The notes under the pieces are model-generated. The model had not been told where the DNA came from. It searched no databases and worked only from the letters and a program-made list of their open reading frames with translations. Positions 48,248-58,010 of a stretch of 64,000 nt of DNA are shown here, one piece after another (within the stretch, counting starts at the first letter, position 1; each line of letters opens with the position of its first letter). Origin of the DNA: Halodesulfurarchaeum sp. (lineage in GTDB: Archaea > Halobacteriota > Halobacteria > Halobacteriales > Halobacteriaceae); NCBI GenBank assembly GCA_042216015.1, contig JBDGUI010000007.1, positions 71,437-135,436 on the forward strand, written 5' to 3'. The position numbers and the translations under genes are program-made.

Positions 48248-48724
48248 ATGGCCCTCTCCGAAACGGCGCGATCCAGGCTCGGGGACATCCTCGAGCGCGA
48301 GCCGACCAAGAACAGCGAGCTGCAGTCGGCCTGGGGGATGGAAAGCGGCAGCGAGGTTCACCAGTATCTCGAGTCCGAACTCGGACCGTACTACTATCGC
48401 GACGACGACAGCCTGATTCGGGTCTCCCCGGAGGGCAAAGCGATGCTCTCGGGGGGCGGGAACGGCGGTCCGGCGATTGCCTTCTCGGGCATCGAGGAGG
48501 CCGTATTCGAGGCCGTCCCCGGACCGGCGGAGGAACCGGCGAGCGTGGTGGCCGTGTTGCATCGCGTCCGCGAGCAGGCCGGGATCGATCCAGCCGTCGA
48601 CGAGGTCCGATCGGCGCTCCGGACCCTGGTGCAGAAGAACGTCTGTGAGTCGATCGACCGGACCGTCCCGACCTACCGACTTGCCGTGTCCCGGTCCGAC
48701 GTCGAGGTTCTCGAGACGGACTGA
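48248..48724 (+). CDS. Conserved haloarchaeal protein (DUF5797-like, probably winged-helix)
   Basis: PTKNSEL...WGMESGSEVHQYLE.EL..YYYR. Confidence 0.75.
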   Translation: MALSETARSRLGDILEREPTKNSELQSAWGMESGSEVHQYLESELGPYYYRDDDSLIRVSPEGKAMLSGGGNGGPAIAFSGIEEAVFEAVPGPAEEPASVVAVLHRVREQAGIDPAVDEVRSALRTLVQKNVCESIDRTVPTYRLAVSRSDVEVLETD

Positions 48725-49749
48725 CGTCGTCGTTTTCGCCGGGATTCGAGCACACGAGCGATCGTTTTGCCGCTCCCCCCCTCGACTGGCCAGCCACTCT
48801 GTCGGTCCGTCGGCGGTTCCGGTTGGAAATCGGAACACGACCCACGACATTCCGTCGGCGTCTGGGCTCGATCGAAGGCGGTACAGTGTGGAACGTAGCC
48901 GTATCGGCCCCGCTCGAGTTCGAAGTGCGCACAGTCCGGACGCATCGCGTCGACGTACGAGCGCCAGCCCCGTTCGTATGCTCGTTCGGCGATCCCGAGG
49001 CGCTTTTCGGCTTTCGTCTCCGGGTCGAGGACGTCGAATCGCGTCGCCGAGGCGTCGTGGTCGCCACCGGCGGGCCGATCGAGGATGTCGATTCCCGGCG
49101 CTTCGGCGTCCAGCGTTCGCGGCCGCCAGAGGACATCCACGCCCCCCTCACCGAACGCGAGGATCCCCACCTCCTTCGGAATTCGCTCGAGGAGGGCCGG
49201 CTCGACCCGGTCTTCGGTGCTGGCCGTGGCCAGCCACACCTCGTCGGCCAGCCCAGCTGCCACGTCCCGTTCGAGCTGGTCGGCCAACCGTCGGGCAGCA
49301 CTCGCGTCGAGGTCGGGTTTGTTCTCGATGGCGACGATCCGGTCGACCCAGTCCGGATAGATATTCATCCGTCTGATCTCGATCCGGCCACCCGACTTTC
49401 GAGTGTCCAGCACCCCCCTGTCGGCCGCCTCGTGGATCGCCTCCCGGACATATCGCCATGGGTACCCCGGGTGGGGAAGGGCCTCTCGGTAGTAGGTCCA
49501 ATCCGCCGGTGCGTGGGCGAGGACGTGTCTGAGGTCGCTGTTCAGAGCCTCGTTGCCGAATTTCTCCCGGACGGCCAGTCCTCCCGGATCGACCTCGAGG
49601 ACGATCGTGTCCCAGCGGCGCTGCTGCCAGCCGAGCTGTCTGGCGACGATCGATGCCACCGGCTCCTCCCCGGGCGGCCATTCGGTCTCGGCCCAGCCAC
49701 AGATCGCCAGTTCGAAGGCGAACTCGCTGTCCCCGGGTGGCCAACTCAC
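48673..49749 (-). CDS. Conserved haloarchaeal protein (DUF5787-like), putative PD-(D/E)XK-fold nuclease with Cys cluster
   Basis: GTG overlaps the NUDIX stop. EFAFEL..C, ARQLG, RRWD, AIENKPDL, ADEVWLAT, C-terminal Cys cluster. Confidence 0.72.
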   Translation of the reverse strand: MSWPPGDSEFAFELAICGWAETEWPPGEEPVASIVARQLGWQQRRWDTIVLEVDPGGLAVREKFGNEALNSDLRHVLAHAPADWTYYREALPHPGYPWRYVREAIHEAADRGVLDTRKSGGRIEIRRMNIYPDWVDRIVAIENKPDLDASAARRLADQLERDVAAGLADEVWLATASTEDRVEPALLERIPKEVGILAFGEGGVDVLWRPRTLDAEAPGIDILDRPAGGDHDASATRFDVLDPETKAEKRLGIAERAYERGWRSYVDAMRPDCAHFELERGRYGYVPHCTAFDRAQTPTECRGSCSDFQPEPPTDRQSGWPVEGGSGKTIARVLESRRKRRRQSVSRTSTSDRDTASR

Positions 49750-50171
49750 GCGTCCAGTTCGTCGATGTGCTCGTGGGCGTCCTTGAGGATCTCTCGCGGC
49801 CCGTCCTGGGTGATCGTGTTGATCGCCTGCTCGTAGTCCCGCCACTGGTGATCGCGGTGCTCGTGGGAGAGTTCCGCACTCGCCTCGTAGGACTTCGCGA
49901 TGAACAGGTGGACGGTCTTGTGGATCCGGTTTCCGTTCGCCTCGAAGACGTAGTCGTACTCCTCGCGGAAGCCGTCCAGCAGTCTGAAATCGCTGATGCC
50001 GGCCTCCTCTTTCACTTCCCTGATCGCCGTCTGTTGTAACTCCTCGTCCCCCTCCACGCCACCTTTGGGGAATTCCCAGTCACCCGGGCGGGATTTGAGG
50101 AGGAGGTATTCGCGCCGGTCCCGGGTGTTCCGATAGAGAATGGCCCCGGCGCTCGTCGCTTCTACCGTCAT
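49746..50171 (-). CDS. NUDIX hydrolase, bis(5'-nucleosyl)-tetraphosphatase (Ap4A hydrolase-like)
   Basis: SAGAI, WEFPKGGVE.DE....TA.REVKEEAG, LSHEH. Confidence 0.9.
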   Translation of the reverse strand: MTVEATSAGAILYRNTRDRREYLLLKSRPGDWEFPKGGVEGDEELQQTAIREVKEEAGISDFRLLDGFREEYDYVFEANGNRIHKTVHLFIAKSYEASAELSHEHRDHQWRDYEQAINTITQDGPREILKDAHEHIDELDA

Positions 50172-50281
50172 TACAGGTCGATACACGGCGGCGTAATAAG
50201 AGAATGTCGGAGTATGGGACAGGTCCACAGTCCCGGGGCGGAGCCTACAGGTTTTTCCCCACCCTCCGTCTGTACTCGGGT

Positions 50282-50596
50282 ATGACGACGATCCTCCATC
50301 TCACCCTCAAGAGCGGCGACCGCTCGGTACTCGAGTCCGTCGTGCAGGACGTCAAGGACGCCTGTCGACGGAAAGGGGCCGAGTTGAAGGGCCCCCATTC
50401 GGACGCGCCGAGTGAGTATCGCGTCCCGCTGTATCGACGGTTGGACGGAGATCCCGAGTCCCGCTATGACGACTGGGACTACACGGTGTACCAGCGCCGA
50501 TTCGAGTTGCGAGGGCGTGACGAGGTCGCCCGCGAGATTCTCGAGTGGGGGTATCCGGATTCGATTCGCGTGGAAGCCACTGTCGATCGAGCGTAA
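50282..50596 (+). CDS. Ribosomal protein uS10 paralogue
   Basis: L.L.SGD...L, RKGAELKGP, V.YR, W.YTVY.R; not within the tuf/S10 cluster. Confidence 0.75.
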   Translation: MTTILHLTLKSGDRSVLESVVQDVKDACRRKGAELKGPHSDAPSEYRVPLYRRLDGDPESRYDDWDYTVYQRRFELRGRDEVAREILEWGYPDSIRVEATVDRA

Positions 50597-50615
50597 AAAA
50601 CCCCGTTGTGGGGTT
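50595..50615 (-). terminator. Hairpin plus T6 between convergent genes
   Basis: aacccc-gttgt-ggggtt with a flanking A run on the plus strand. Confidence 0.55.
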
Positions 50616-50880
50616 AGAACGAGCTTTCGCCGACGGTTTCGAGGTAGGTTCCTTCGCCGATGTGATCTTCGTCGTCCCACTCGTCGATTTCGACCAGTAC
50701 CCGCATGTTCTCGGAGCCCTCGGGGGCATCCGCGATTCGAAGGATGGAGTCCCCGATTCGAGCCTTCGCCTTGCCGTCCATCATCGACGTCACCATGACC
50801 TCGATGGTTTCGCCAGGCTTGTAGTCCGGGTATCCGGTGCGGAAGGACCAACCGGCAAACCACTTTTCGCGAACACTCAT
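50614..50880 (-). CDS. Small conserved OB/TRAM-like protein coupled to the transporter
   Basis: GWSFRT..P, ARIGDSIL; ATGA overlap with the transporter stop. Confidence 0.72.
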   Translation of the reverse strand: MSVREKWFAGWSFRTGYPDYKPGETIEVMVTSMMDGKAKARIGDSILRIADAPEGSENMRVLVEIDEWDDEDHIGEGTYLETVGESSF

Positions 50881-52409
50881 ACGCGTTCCACCTCCTCGGA
50901 CCTGCGGTCCGGAATGTATTCACGCCCGAACCCGGTGATCGCCGCGATCAGGAAGACGAGCACCAGGAACCAGCCGTGGAACACGTAGGGGACGACTTTT
51001 GCCGGTTCGACGACCATGACCTCACCCCACTTCGGCTGGAGTGTATTGATCATTGCCTGATACCCCACGAGGACACCACCCGCCCAGGGGAAGATGTACC
51101 CGAGCGCGGAGGTGTTGGCGTCGAGGATGTTCGCCCGCCGGTAGCCATTGATATTGAACTTCTCCCCGATACGCGCAATGTATGGCGAGATCGCGATCTC
51201 TGCGGCCGTGTTGATCGTGATCATGCCGTTGATGATGGCCGTGCCGAGGACCATTGTGGTCTCCGCACTCCGCACGCCTGTCGCAACTCTGTTGAGCAGG
51301 ATCTCCTGAATGGCATCGAAGCCACCGCCCTCGATCATGATGCGCGCCATCGCGACGATCAGGAGCGTCAACACGATCAGCGGGAAGAAGCCCACCGCAC
51401 CGTTGAGGAGACTTCCACCCACCCCAGCGGAATCTGCCACCACCACGAACGGCAGGGCAGTCCAGGCGCTCGCTTCGGTCACCTGGAGGGCCACCATGTC
51501 ACTCACCGGTGCAAGGCCCAACACGATGTTGAAGACGATCGCCGCGATCAGCCCCCAGGAGATCGCCTCGACAATGTGTCGGCCTCGGACGGCGGTCCAG
51601 ATGACGATCCCCATCGAGATTAGGTGCACGAGCCCGGGCGCAGTCCCCTCGAGGGGCACGGTGCCCTGGAGATCCGCTCTCGGCATGACCCCACCCATGA
51701 TGAGGAAGGCCACGAAGGCCGGAATCGCCGCGAGCAGCGCGTACTTGAACCGGGAGGCGACCACGCCACCGATGTCGGAGTCCTGCGTGACGGCACTGAC
51801 GATGGTCGTGTCACTGACCGGCGCCAGATTGTCACCGAAGACGGCCCCGGAGAGAATTGCACCGAACATCAGGACGGGGTTGGCACCGAGCAGCACGCCG
51901 GCCGGGAAGAACAGGGTGACGAAGGCGACGGTCGTCCCGTACCCCGTTCCAATTCCCGTGGCCAGCAACGCCGCGAGCACGAACGTTACCGCCGGGAACA
52001 GCGCCGCCCCGACGCCGAGGGCGGAAGCGGCCCAGATGAGGCCGTCCACGAACTGTCCCGTCTGCATCGTATTCGCGAACATACCGGCCCACAGCCAGGC
52101 GACGATCGCCGTCGCGGCCACCCGCTGTGTCATTCCCTCGAAGATCGTATTCGCATAGGTCTTCCAGTTCCCCTTCGCGAAGAACATTCCGATGATCGTC
52201 GCGATCAGGGCACCCAGCACGAGGCCACTCGTTTGACCGATGCCGAGGATCCCGCTCTGGAAGATCGCCCAGATGATGAACAGGACCAGTGGGATCGTAC
52301 TCGCCCACCGTCCCCCGTAAAAGTCGATCTTTGGACCCTCCATCGCAGCCTGTGCTTCCTCGAGCTCTTCCGATACTGATGTATCGCTACCACCAGACGA
52401 ACCTGCCAT
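50877..52409 (-). CDS. NhaC family transporter (haloarchaeal ArcD-like amino acid antiporter)
   Basis: TGIGTGYGT, GAILSGAVFGDNLAPVSDTT, YRRANILD, IFPW. Confidence 0.88.
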   Translation of the reverse strand: MAGSSGGSDTSVSEELEEAQAAMEGPKIDFYGGRWASTIPLVLFIIWAIFQSGILGIGQTSGLVLGALIATIIGMFFAKGNWKTYANTIFEGMTQRVAATAIVAWLWAGMFANTMQTGQFVDGLIWAASALGVGAALFPAVTFVLAALLATGIGTGYGTTVAFVTLFFPAGVLLGANPVLMFGAILSGAVFGDNLAPVSDTTIVSAVTQDSDIGGVVASRFKYALLAAIPAFVAFLIMGGVMPRADLQGTVPLEGTAPGLVHLISMGIVIWTAVRGRHIVEAISWGLIAAIVFNIVLGLAPVSDMVALQVTEASAWTALPFVVVADSAGVGGSLLNGAVGFFPLIVLTLLIVAMARIMIEGGGFDAIQEILLNRVATGVRSAETTMVLGTAIINGMITINTAAEIAISPYIARIGEKFNINGYRRANILDANTSALGYIFPWAGGVLVGYQAMINTLQPKWGEVMVVEPAKVVPYVFHGWFLVLVFLIAAITGFGREYIPDRRSEEVERV

Positions 52410-52664
52410 GTTTGTGTATCACCCACAACAGTCATCGATTACCACATACTTAATCGATTTGGTTACTTCCACGCCATGACAGCACTGGCGGGGCCTCCGG
52501 CAACCCGAATTGGATGTTGAATACCCTCGGTTGGGACTGGTCCGATTCGGTACCACGCCGGAATCGAGTCACAGATCGAGAACACGGACATGAGCCACCG
52601 TTCGATTGCAGGGCATCGGGTTGTAGTTCGAAATCCGGTATGTCCCTGATCGAACGCGGAACAC

Positions 52665-54032
52665 TCAGTACTTGGATTCCGCGCCGGCGACCCGATAGAC
52701 GTCCTCCATAATCCCGTCGCGCCGAGTCTGCCAGTGCGGTAGCTCATCTGGAGTGTCCGGATAGTCCTCGTAGTGGTCCAACAACCGGTCCGCATCCGAC
52801 TTGGTCCGGTAGAGCCGAGCGAGGAGCTGCCAGTGACCCAGGCTTCCGAAGAGGGTCCTGAATTTCAGTCCCCAGCCGAATTCCGCCGTCCCCGCATACA
52901 GCGCCTCGGAAATCTTTTCGGTGGGAATGGAAGCGAGCAGATCCATCAACTCCTCGACTTTAACTGCCGTGGTCAGGACGTTGTACACGTCGAGGCTGGC
53001 GTAGCGGCCACCGAAGTGCTCCATGACTTGCCGATTGTACTCCCAGAGTGCCGATTCGCTCGACTCGCCCGCCTCGATGGCCGAAACGGCAGTTTCACCG
53101 GCGTAATGGCCGGCGTAGGCCGCTCCGGCGATTCCGCCGCCAGTGGTCGGATTCACGTGGCCGGCCGCGTCGCCGGCGGCCAGGTACCCGGGTGCGACTG
53201 CTGAATCGTACGGGCGTCTCGTTGGGATCGCCGCGCCGAGTTTGTCGAGGACGGTGGCGTTCCGGAATTCGGGACGGGATTCGATGTCGGACCGGAGCAC
53301 CTCGACGAGCTTCATCGGTTCTGCGGTCATCTGGAACCCCACCCCGACGTTGATCTCCCTCGGCGTTCGGGGGAAGTACCAGATGTACCCCTCCGCTCTG
53401 TCGGTCGGTTTGAAGACGAGGGCGTCCTCCCAGGGGACCGGCTCCGGGACCTCCAGAATCTCCCGGTAGGCCGAGGTGAACTGCCTGTAGGTGACGTTCG
53501 TATCGAAGGTCGAGTCTCCGAAATCGGCCTTGTCTTGCAGGAGGGACATCGCGCCCGCCGCGTCGATGACGATCGGTGCCTCGAACTGGACTGGTTCACC
53601 GTCGTGTGCCACGACCCCCGTCACCTGCCCGTCCTCCTGAAGGACGTCCGTGACGACGGTATCGAAGCGGTACTCGGCCCCGACCCCCTGGGCGGCATCG
53701 ATTATCGACTTCCCGAACGCGAGTCGATCGATGACGGCGAGTTCGCCCGGGACGGGGATGTCGATGATCGTGTCCGCCCGTGGAATCTCGAACCGGCCGT
53801 GGTCCACGTCCCGATTCGTGATCGCGTTCTCGAAGGCGGACTTCGGAATGGATTCGGGAAACTCGTCGGCCCCCTTCAACGCGTCTCCGCAGGCGATGTG
53901 CCCCGCTTCGCGCTCGGATTTTCGATCGAGGACGATCACGTCGAGCCCGGCGCGGGCCGTCGTCGCCGCGGCGTAGGACCCAGCAGTCCCGGCCCCGACG
54001 ACGATGACATCTGTCTCCTGTACGGGGGGCAT
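52665..54032 (-). CDS. Geranylgeranyl reductase family flavoprotein
   Basis: VGAGTAG, ACGD, IDR, GYIWYFP, AGDAAG.VNPTTGGGI. Confidence 0.88.
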   Translation of the reverse strand: MPPVQETDVIVVGAGTAGSYAAATTARAGLDVIVLDRKSEREAGHIACGDALKGADEFPESIPKSAFENAITNRDVDHGRFEIPRADTIIDIPVPGELAVIDRLAFGKSIIDAAQGVGAEYRFDTVVTDVLQEDGQVTGVVAHDGEPVQFEAPIVIDAAGAMSLLQDKADFGDSTFDTNVTYRQFTSAYREILEVPEPVPWEDALVFKPTDRAEGYIWYFPRTPREINVGVGFQMTAEPMKLVEVLRSDIESRPEFRNATVLDKLGAAIPTRRPYDSAVAPGYLAAGDAAGHVNPTTGGGIAGAAYAGHYAGETAVSAIEAGESSESALWEYNRQVMEHFGGRYASLDVYNVLTTAVKVEELMDLLASIPTEKISEALYAGTAEFGWGLKFRTLFGSLGHWQLLARLYRTKSDADRLLDHYEDYPDTPDELPHWQTRRDGIMEDVYRVAGAESKY

Positions 54033-54143
54033 GCACCCGTATTCTCGCCCATCGGGAAAACCGTTGTCGATCGTTTCGGGTGTCAAAGCGGTGGGACCTG
54101 CCGGGAGAAAAGGGTTATAGGCGTGATTTCCGTACACGGGAGC

Positions 54144-54467
54144 ATGCCAACTCACACTGTCGAGTTCGTCGGGACCGGTGAGTCGATCGAGGTGGACGAG
54201 AACGAGACGGTTCTCGACGCCGCGATCCGGGAGGGGATCTCCCAGGAGTATTCCTGCCGGGTGGGAATGTGTCTGGCCTGCACGGCGAAAATCGTGGATG
54301 GCGAGGTCGTCCAACCTGCCGCCCGCGGATTCACGGAGGAGCAGAAGCAGGAATACGCGCTCACCTGCATGGCTCGGCCCGAATCCGATCTCGAACTCGA
54401 ACGTGGGGTCTATCCACCGAGCATCGAGGAGGAAAGAGCCGCCCAGGACGCGCCGGCCGACGACTGA
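54144..54467 (+). CDS. 2Fe-2S ferredoxin
   Basis: YSCRVGMCLAC...LTC. Confidence 0.92.
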   Translation: MPTHTVEFVGTGESIEVDENETVLDAAIREGISQEYSCRVGMCLACTAKIVDGEVVQPAARGFTEEQKQEYALTCMARPESDLELERGVYPPSIEEERAAQDAPADD

Positions 54468-54482
54468 TCGGATGCCCTCTCT

Positions 54483-55163
54483 TCAGTAGATCAACTGGTC
54501 GTCGCCCTCGCTCATGTAGAGTGTTCGGGCGGCGATGTTCGTCGCGTGATCGCCCACCCGCTCGAGGTCTCGGATCGTCAACAGGAGCCTCGAGACGTCG
54601 TTCATCAGGTGTTCGATCTCCTCGTCGTCGGTCTGGTTGTCGATGTTTCGCTCCATGAGGTCACGGACGACCGCCTCCGAGGCCCGTCGGCACTGTTCGT
54701 CAATCTCGTCGTCCCACGCAGAGATCTCCAGGCAGGCGTCGGCGTCTTCCTCGTCGAAGGCGACCAGTGCCGCCTCCAGCATCTCCAGTGTCTCGTCGCC
54801 GATCGACAGCACGTCGACCTCGGGGAAGACGTCCCTGTTGGCGTCGAGGCTGTAATCCGCGAGGTTGGTCGCGAGATCACCGATGCGCTCGAGGTCAGTG
54901 ATGATCTTGAAGGAGGCGGCGATGAACCGGAGGTCGGAGGCGACCGGCTGCTGGAGGGCAAGCAGGTCCACGCAGTCCCCCTCGAGATCGAGATAGAGTT
55001 CGTTGATCTCCTCATCGCCCTGGATGACCGCCATCGCACTCTCGTCGTCTTTCGATTCCATCGCCGAAAGCGCCGTCCGCAACCGGTCGCCGACGAGCTC
55101 GCCCATGTAGAGGACGTCGCTTCGCAGTTGGTCGAGTTGGTCCTGGTAGCTCTCTCGCGCCAT
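54483..55163 (-). CDS. phoU: Phosphate signalling protein PhoU
   Basis: QQPVASDLR, DLERIGD, DLERVGDHATNIA. Confidence 0.95.
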   Translation of the reverse strand: MARESYQDQLDQLRSDVLYMGELVGDRLRTALSAMESKDDESAMAVIQGDEEINELYLDLEGDCVDLLALQQPVASDLRFIAASFKIITDLERIGDLATNLADYSLDANRDVFPEVDVLSIGDETLEMLEAALVAFDEEDADACLEISAWDDEIDEQCRRASEAVVRDLMERNIDNQTDDEEIEHLMNDVSRLLLTIRDLERVGDHATNIAARTLYMSEGDDQLIY

Positions 55164-55303
55164 ACCTATACCGTGGGCGTCCCCGTAATGTACTCTTCGA
55201 CAGACACAGATGCCGCCGTAAGAAAGTTCCCCGCACGGATCGCGCGTCGACGTGACCCGGCGAACTCACGGCCATCCTGATATCGAACGCGGTGACGAGA
55301 TTT

Positions 55304-55861
55304 ATGACGACGGCTCCCCTCGATTCAGTCATGGCCGACTCGGGAACCCTCACAGAGGCACTTGCCTTCGACCCGCAGGTGACCGTCGTGGGCGAGACCG
55401 AATTCACGATCACGCCCGAGACGCGGGGATCCCTGAAGGTCGGGACAGAGACCGTCGAGATCGTCTGTGCGACCGGAAGCAGCTACACGGCGGACTGGCG
55501 GGGCCCGACGATGACCTCGCTGTTCGAGGCCGCGTCCGTGCCACCCGAAACGACCCACGTCGTGGTCGAATCCGCTGACGGCTACCGGGTCGTCGTCCCC
55601 GTTCCCGAAGCGATTGGCGGGATTCTCTCCTACCTAAAGGACGGCGAACCCATCGGCGAGAGTCAGGCCTACGTGAACCGGTTCGTGGCGCCGGGGACGG
55701 AGGGTGCCCGTGACATCAAGGGTGTCGCCCGAATCGAGGCGGTGGAACTCGAGCCGAGCGAGGATCCGGAGGCGCTCGAAAACCTGTTCCCGGAGGGCGA
55801 GCGCTTTACCGCGAACAGGGACAAGAAAGACGAGAAACGGGTCGCCCAGACCGACGTCTGA
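55304..55861 (+). CDS. Stand-alone molybdopterin-binding oxidoreductase domain protein (sulfite oxidase fold)
   Basis: CATG....WRG, ESADGY, RFVAP, IKGV.RIE. Start could be 55304 or 55331. Confidence 0.65.
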   Translation: MTTAPLDSVMADSGTLTEALAFDPQVTVVGETEFTITPETRGSLKVGTETVEIVCATGSSYTADWRGPTMTSLFEAASVPPETTHVVVESADGYRVVVPVPEAIGGILSYLKDGEPIGESQAYVNRFVAPGTEGARDIKGVARIEAVELEPSEDPEALENLFPEGERFTANRDKKDEKRVAQTDV

Positions 55862-55876
55862 GCAATTCAGCGACGC

Positions 55877-57988
55877 TCAGAAGGCCTCCGAGAGCTGGTC
55901 GCTCACGGTTTTGATCCGCTCGATGTCTGCTTCGAGGGACTCGAACTGTTCCTCGAGTTCGGCAACGTCGAGATGGACGTCGTCGATGTCGGAGACCCGC
56001 TCGTCGAGCGCGTCGAGATCGCCCCGGAGTCGCTCGACCGTCTCGGAATCAGCGCTCGATTCGAGTTCGGCTTCGATCGCCTCGAGCCGTGTCTCCATGG
56101 CCTCCCGATCCGACGCGGCCGCCGAGAGTTTCGTCTCGATCTCTCGAACCGTCGATTCCAGGTCCGAGGCGGTGGACTCGAGGGTCTCGAGTTCGGCGTC
56201 CAGGTCGGCGACCGTCGACTGGACCGTCTCGAAGTTCCCCTCTAGATCCCTGAGGTCCCCTTCGAGGGCGTCGTGGGCGTCGTCGAGGGCTGCCTGACCG
56301 GCGTCGATGGCCGACAGTTCCGAGGCCAGCTCGGATTGCTCGGATTCGACGGCTTCGACCGCGTTCGAAAGGGTCTCGTGGGCGGACTCGAGGTCTTCCT
56401 GTCCGGCTTCGAGACCCGCAACGCTCGTGTCGAGGTCCTCGACGTCCTCATCGAGGTCTTCGACCCCCTCCTCGATATCGTCGAAATTCCCATCGAGTTC
56501 TCCGACCTCTTTCTCGAGTTCGTCGATCGCGTCGTCCTGGGCCTCGACTGCCCCGTCGAGTTTCGCGACCTCCCCCTCGAGTCCCTGAAGATCCGCCTCG
56601 AGGGTGGAGACGTTTTCCTCCACGGTCCCAAGGGTCGATTCGAGATCGCTCTGGCCGGCTTCCAACGTTTCGAACTTCCCGTCGAGATCCTCGACGGACG
56701 CCTCGAGGTCGGCGACCTCCGAGGCGATGACCTCCCGAATGTCGTCGCTCGTGCCGGCCATCTCGATGAACTCCTCGAGGGCGTCCGTGTATGCCTCGAG
56801 TTCAGCGACGCGGGACTGGAGGTGCTCGAAGCGGACCTGGTCGGGGCGGCCAGACCCGTCCCCTCCGGACTCCTCGCCGTGCAGGGCGGCCGAGAGCGCT
56901 CGTCTCTCGGCTTCGGATACCGCACCCAACTCGATTTCCTCCCGCAGTTGGCCGACGAGGGACTCCCTCTCCGAGTCGATGTTTCCCCCGGCGGGATCGT
57001 CCCCATCTGGATCGCTCCCCTCGACTGGGGTCTCCACCGTCGTCGAGTCTGTCGGTATCGATCCTTCACGCTTGCTCGACGGTGTCGGTCCGTCACGCCT
57101 GTCAGACTCGGTGGACGCGTTCTGGGCTGTCCGGTCCGTCGAATCGGCTTCGGGGGAATTCGAGGATGCCCCTCGTGCCGGTTCGTTCGAATCTGTGGTC
57201 CCGCTTTCCCTGGTGCTCGTCGAGTAGAGATCCTCGCTCGTCCGGCTCGGCGCGGCTGCCTGCTCCGTCGGTCCCTCGGACGACGGGGACGTCTCCCCCG
57301 CGTCGTCGCTGTCCGAGGTATCTCCCGCGTCCGCTCCCGGCTGGGCCTCTCCCGTTTCTCCCGCGTCCGCTTCCGGCTTGTCACCGCTCGTGTTTCCTGT
57401 GTCGGCTCCAGACTGTCGTTCACTCGTGTCTTCCTCTCGACGTTCCGGAAGTGAGCCACCGATTATCTCCGCGTCGTCGTCGGGATAGGACGTCTCGGTC
57501 TGCGTGGAGGTGTCCCGCTCCGGTGACCCAGTCGAGGAAGCGCCCACGATCCCGGAATCGCCCTCGGGTCGTGCTTCATCTCCGTTATCCTCGTCAGGGG
57601 CGGAGGTGATACCCGCATCGTCGCGCCGCTGGTCGGGCCGGGTCCCCTGGACTTCCACCGACGGTTCGGAGAGCAGCGGCCCGGGATCCGTGCCGTCCTC
57701 CATGCGGATGCCATAGACCGTCGTGAATTCCCCACCTGGGTCGACGTCCCGCTCGAACTGGAGGGTGCTGTCGCTACGGGCCGTCCAGTGGTCACTCCCG
57801 TAGTCGGGGTGAAATCCGATCTGGTCGATGTCGAATCGGTCCGGAACCGTCTCGGTGATCCGAAGGGAGACCGGCTCCTCCCGCCTGGATTCGATGGATA
57901 GTGTCACCGCCGGGACCGGAAATCCCTCCGCGTCGAAGGACTTCCTCACCGTCACTCCGTCCTCGCGGACGATCGGTTCCTCAGTCAC
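55877..57988 (-). CDS. Acidic protein: N-terminal folded domain, disordered linker, long coiled coil; paralogue of 25092-26618
   Basis: GAGGTG SD plus GTG at 57988. Shares FPVPAVT, QIGFHPDYGS.HW, FTTVYG and QVR.EHLQSRV..LEAYTDALE.F with the paralogue. Confidence 0.85.
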   Translation of the reverse strand: MTEEPIVREDGVTVRKSFDAEGFPVPAVTLSIESRREEPVSLRITETVPDRFDIDQIGFHPDYGSDHWTARSDSTLQFERDVDPGGEFTTVYGIRMEDGTDPGPLLSEPSVEVQGTRPDQRRDDAGITSAPDEDNGDEARPEGDSGIVGASSTGSPERDTSTQTETSYPDDDAEIIGGSLPERREEDTSERQSGADTGNTSGDKPEADAGETGEAQPGADAGDTSDSDDAGETSPSSEGPTEQAAAPSRTSEDLYSTSTRESGTTDSNEPARGASSNSPEADSTDRTAQNASTESDRRDGPTPSSKREGSIPTDSTTVETPVEGSDPDGDDPAGGNIDSERESLVGQLREEIELGAVSEAERRALSAALHGEESGGDGSGRPDQVRFEHLQSRVAELEAYTDALEEFIEMAGTSDDIREVIASEVADLEASVEDLDGKFETLEAGQSDLESTLGTVEENVSTLEADLQGLEGEVAKLDGAVEAQDDAIDELEKEVGELDGNFDDIEEGVEDLDEDVEDLDTSVAGLEAGQEDLESAHETLSNAVEAVESEQSELASELSAIDAGQAALDDAHDALEGDLRDLEGNFETVQSTVADLDAELETLESTASDLESTVREIETKLSAAASDREAMETRLEAIEAELESSADSETVERLRGDLDALDERVSDIDDVHLDVAELEEQFESLEADIERIKTVSDQLSEAF

Positions 57989-58010
57989 GAGAACCACCTC
58001 GGCGTGTCAT
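57981..58010 (-). promoter_or_regulatory. 9-codon upstream ORF (MTRRGGSRD) overlapping the downstream GTG start by 8 nt
   Basis: Minus-strand TTTTATG at 58045-58039, ATG about 29 nt downstream, internal GAGGTG. Confidence 0.45.

Noticed and set aside
55877..57988. SMC/Sph ATPase or chemoreceptor
   Set aside because: No Walker A/B motifs, no MCP signalling hairpin motif and no TM helices.
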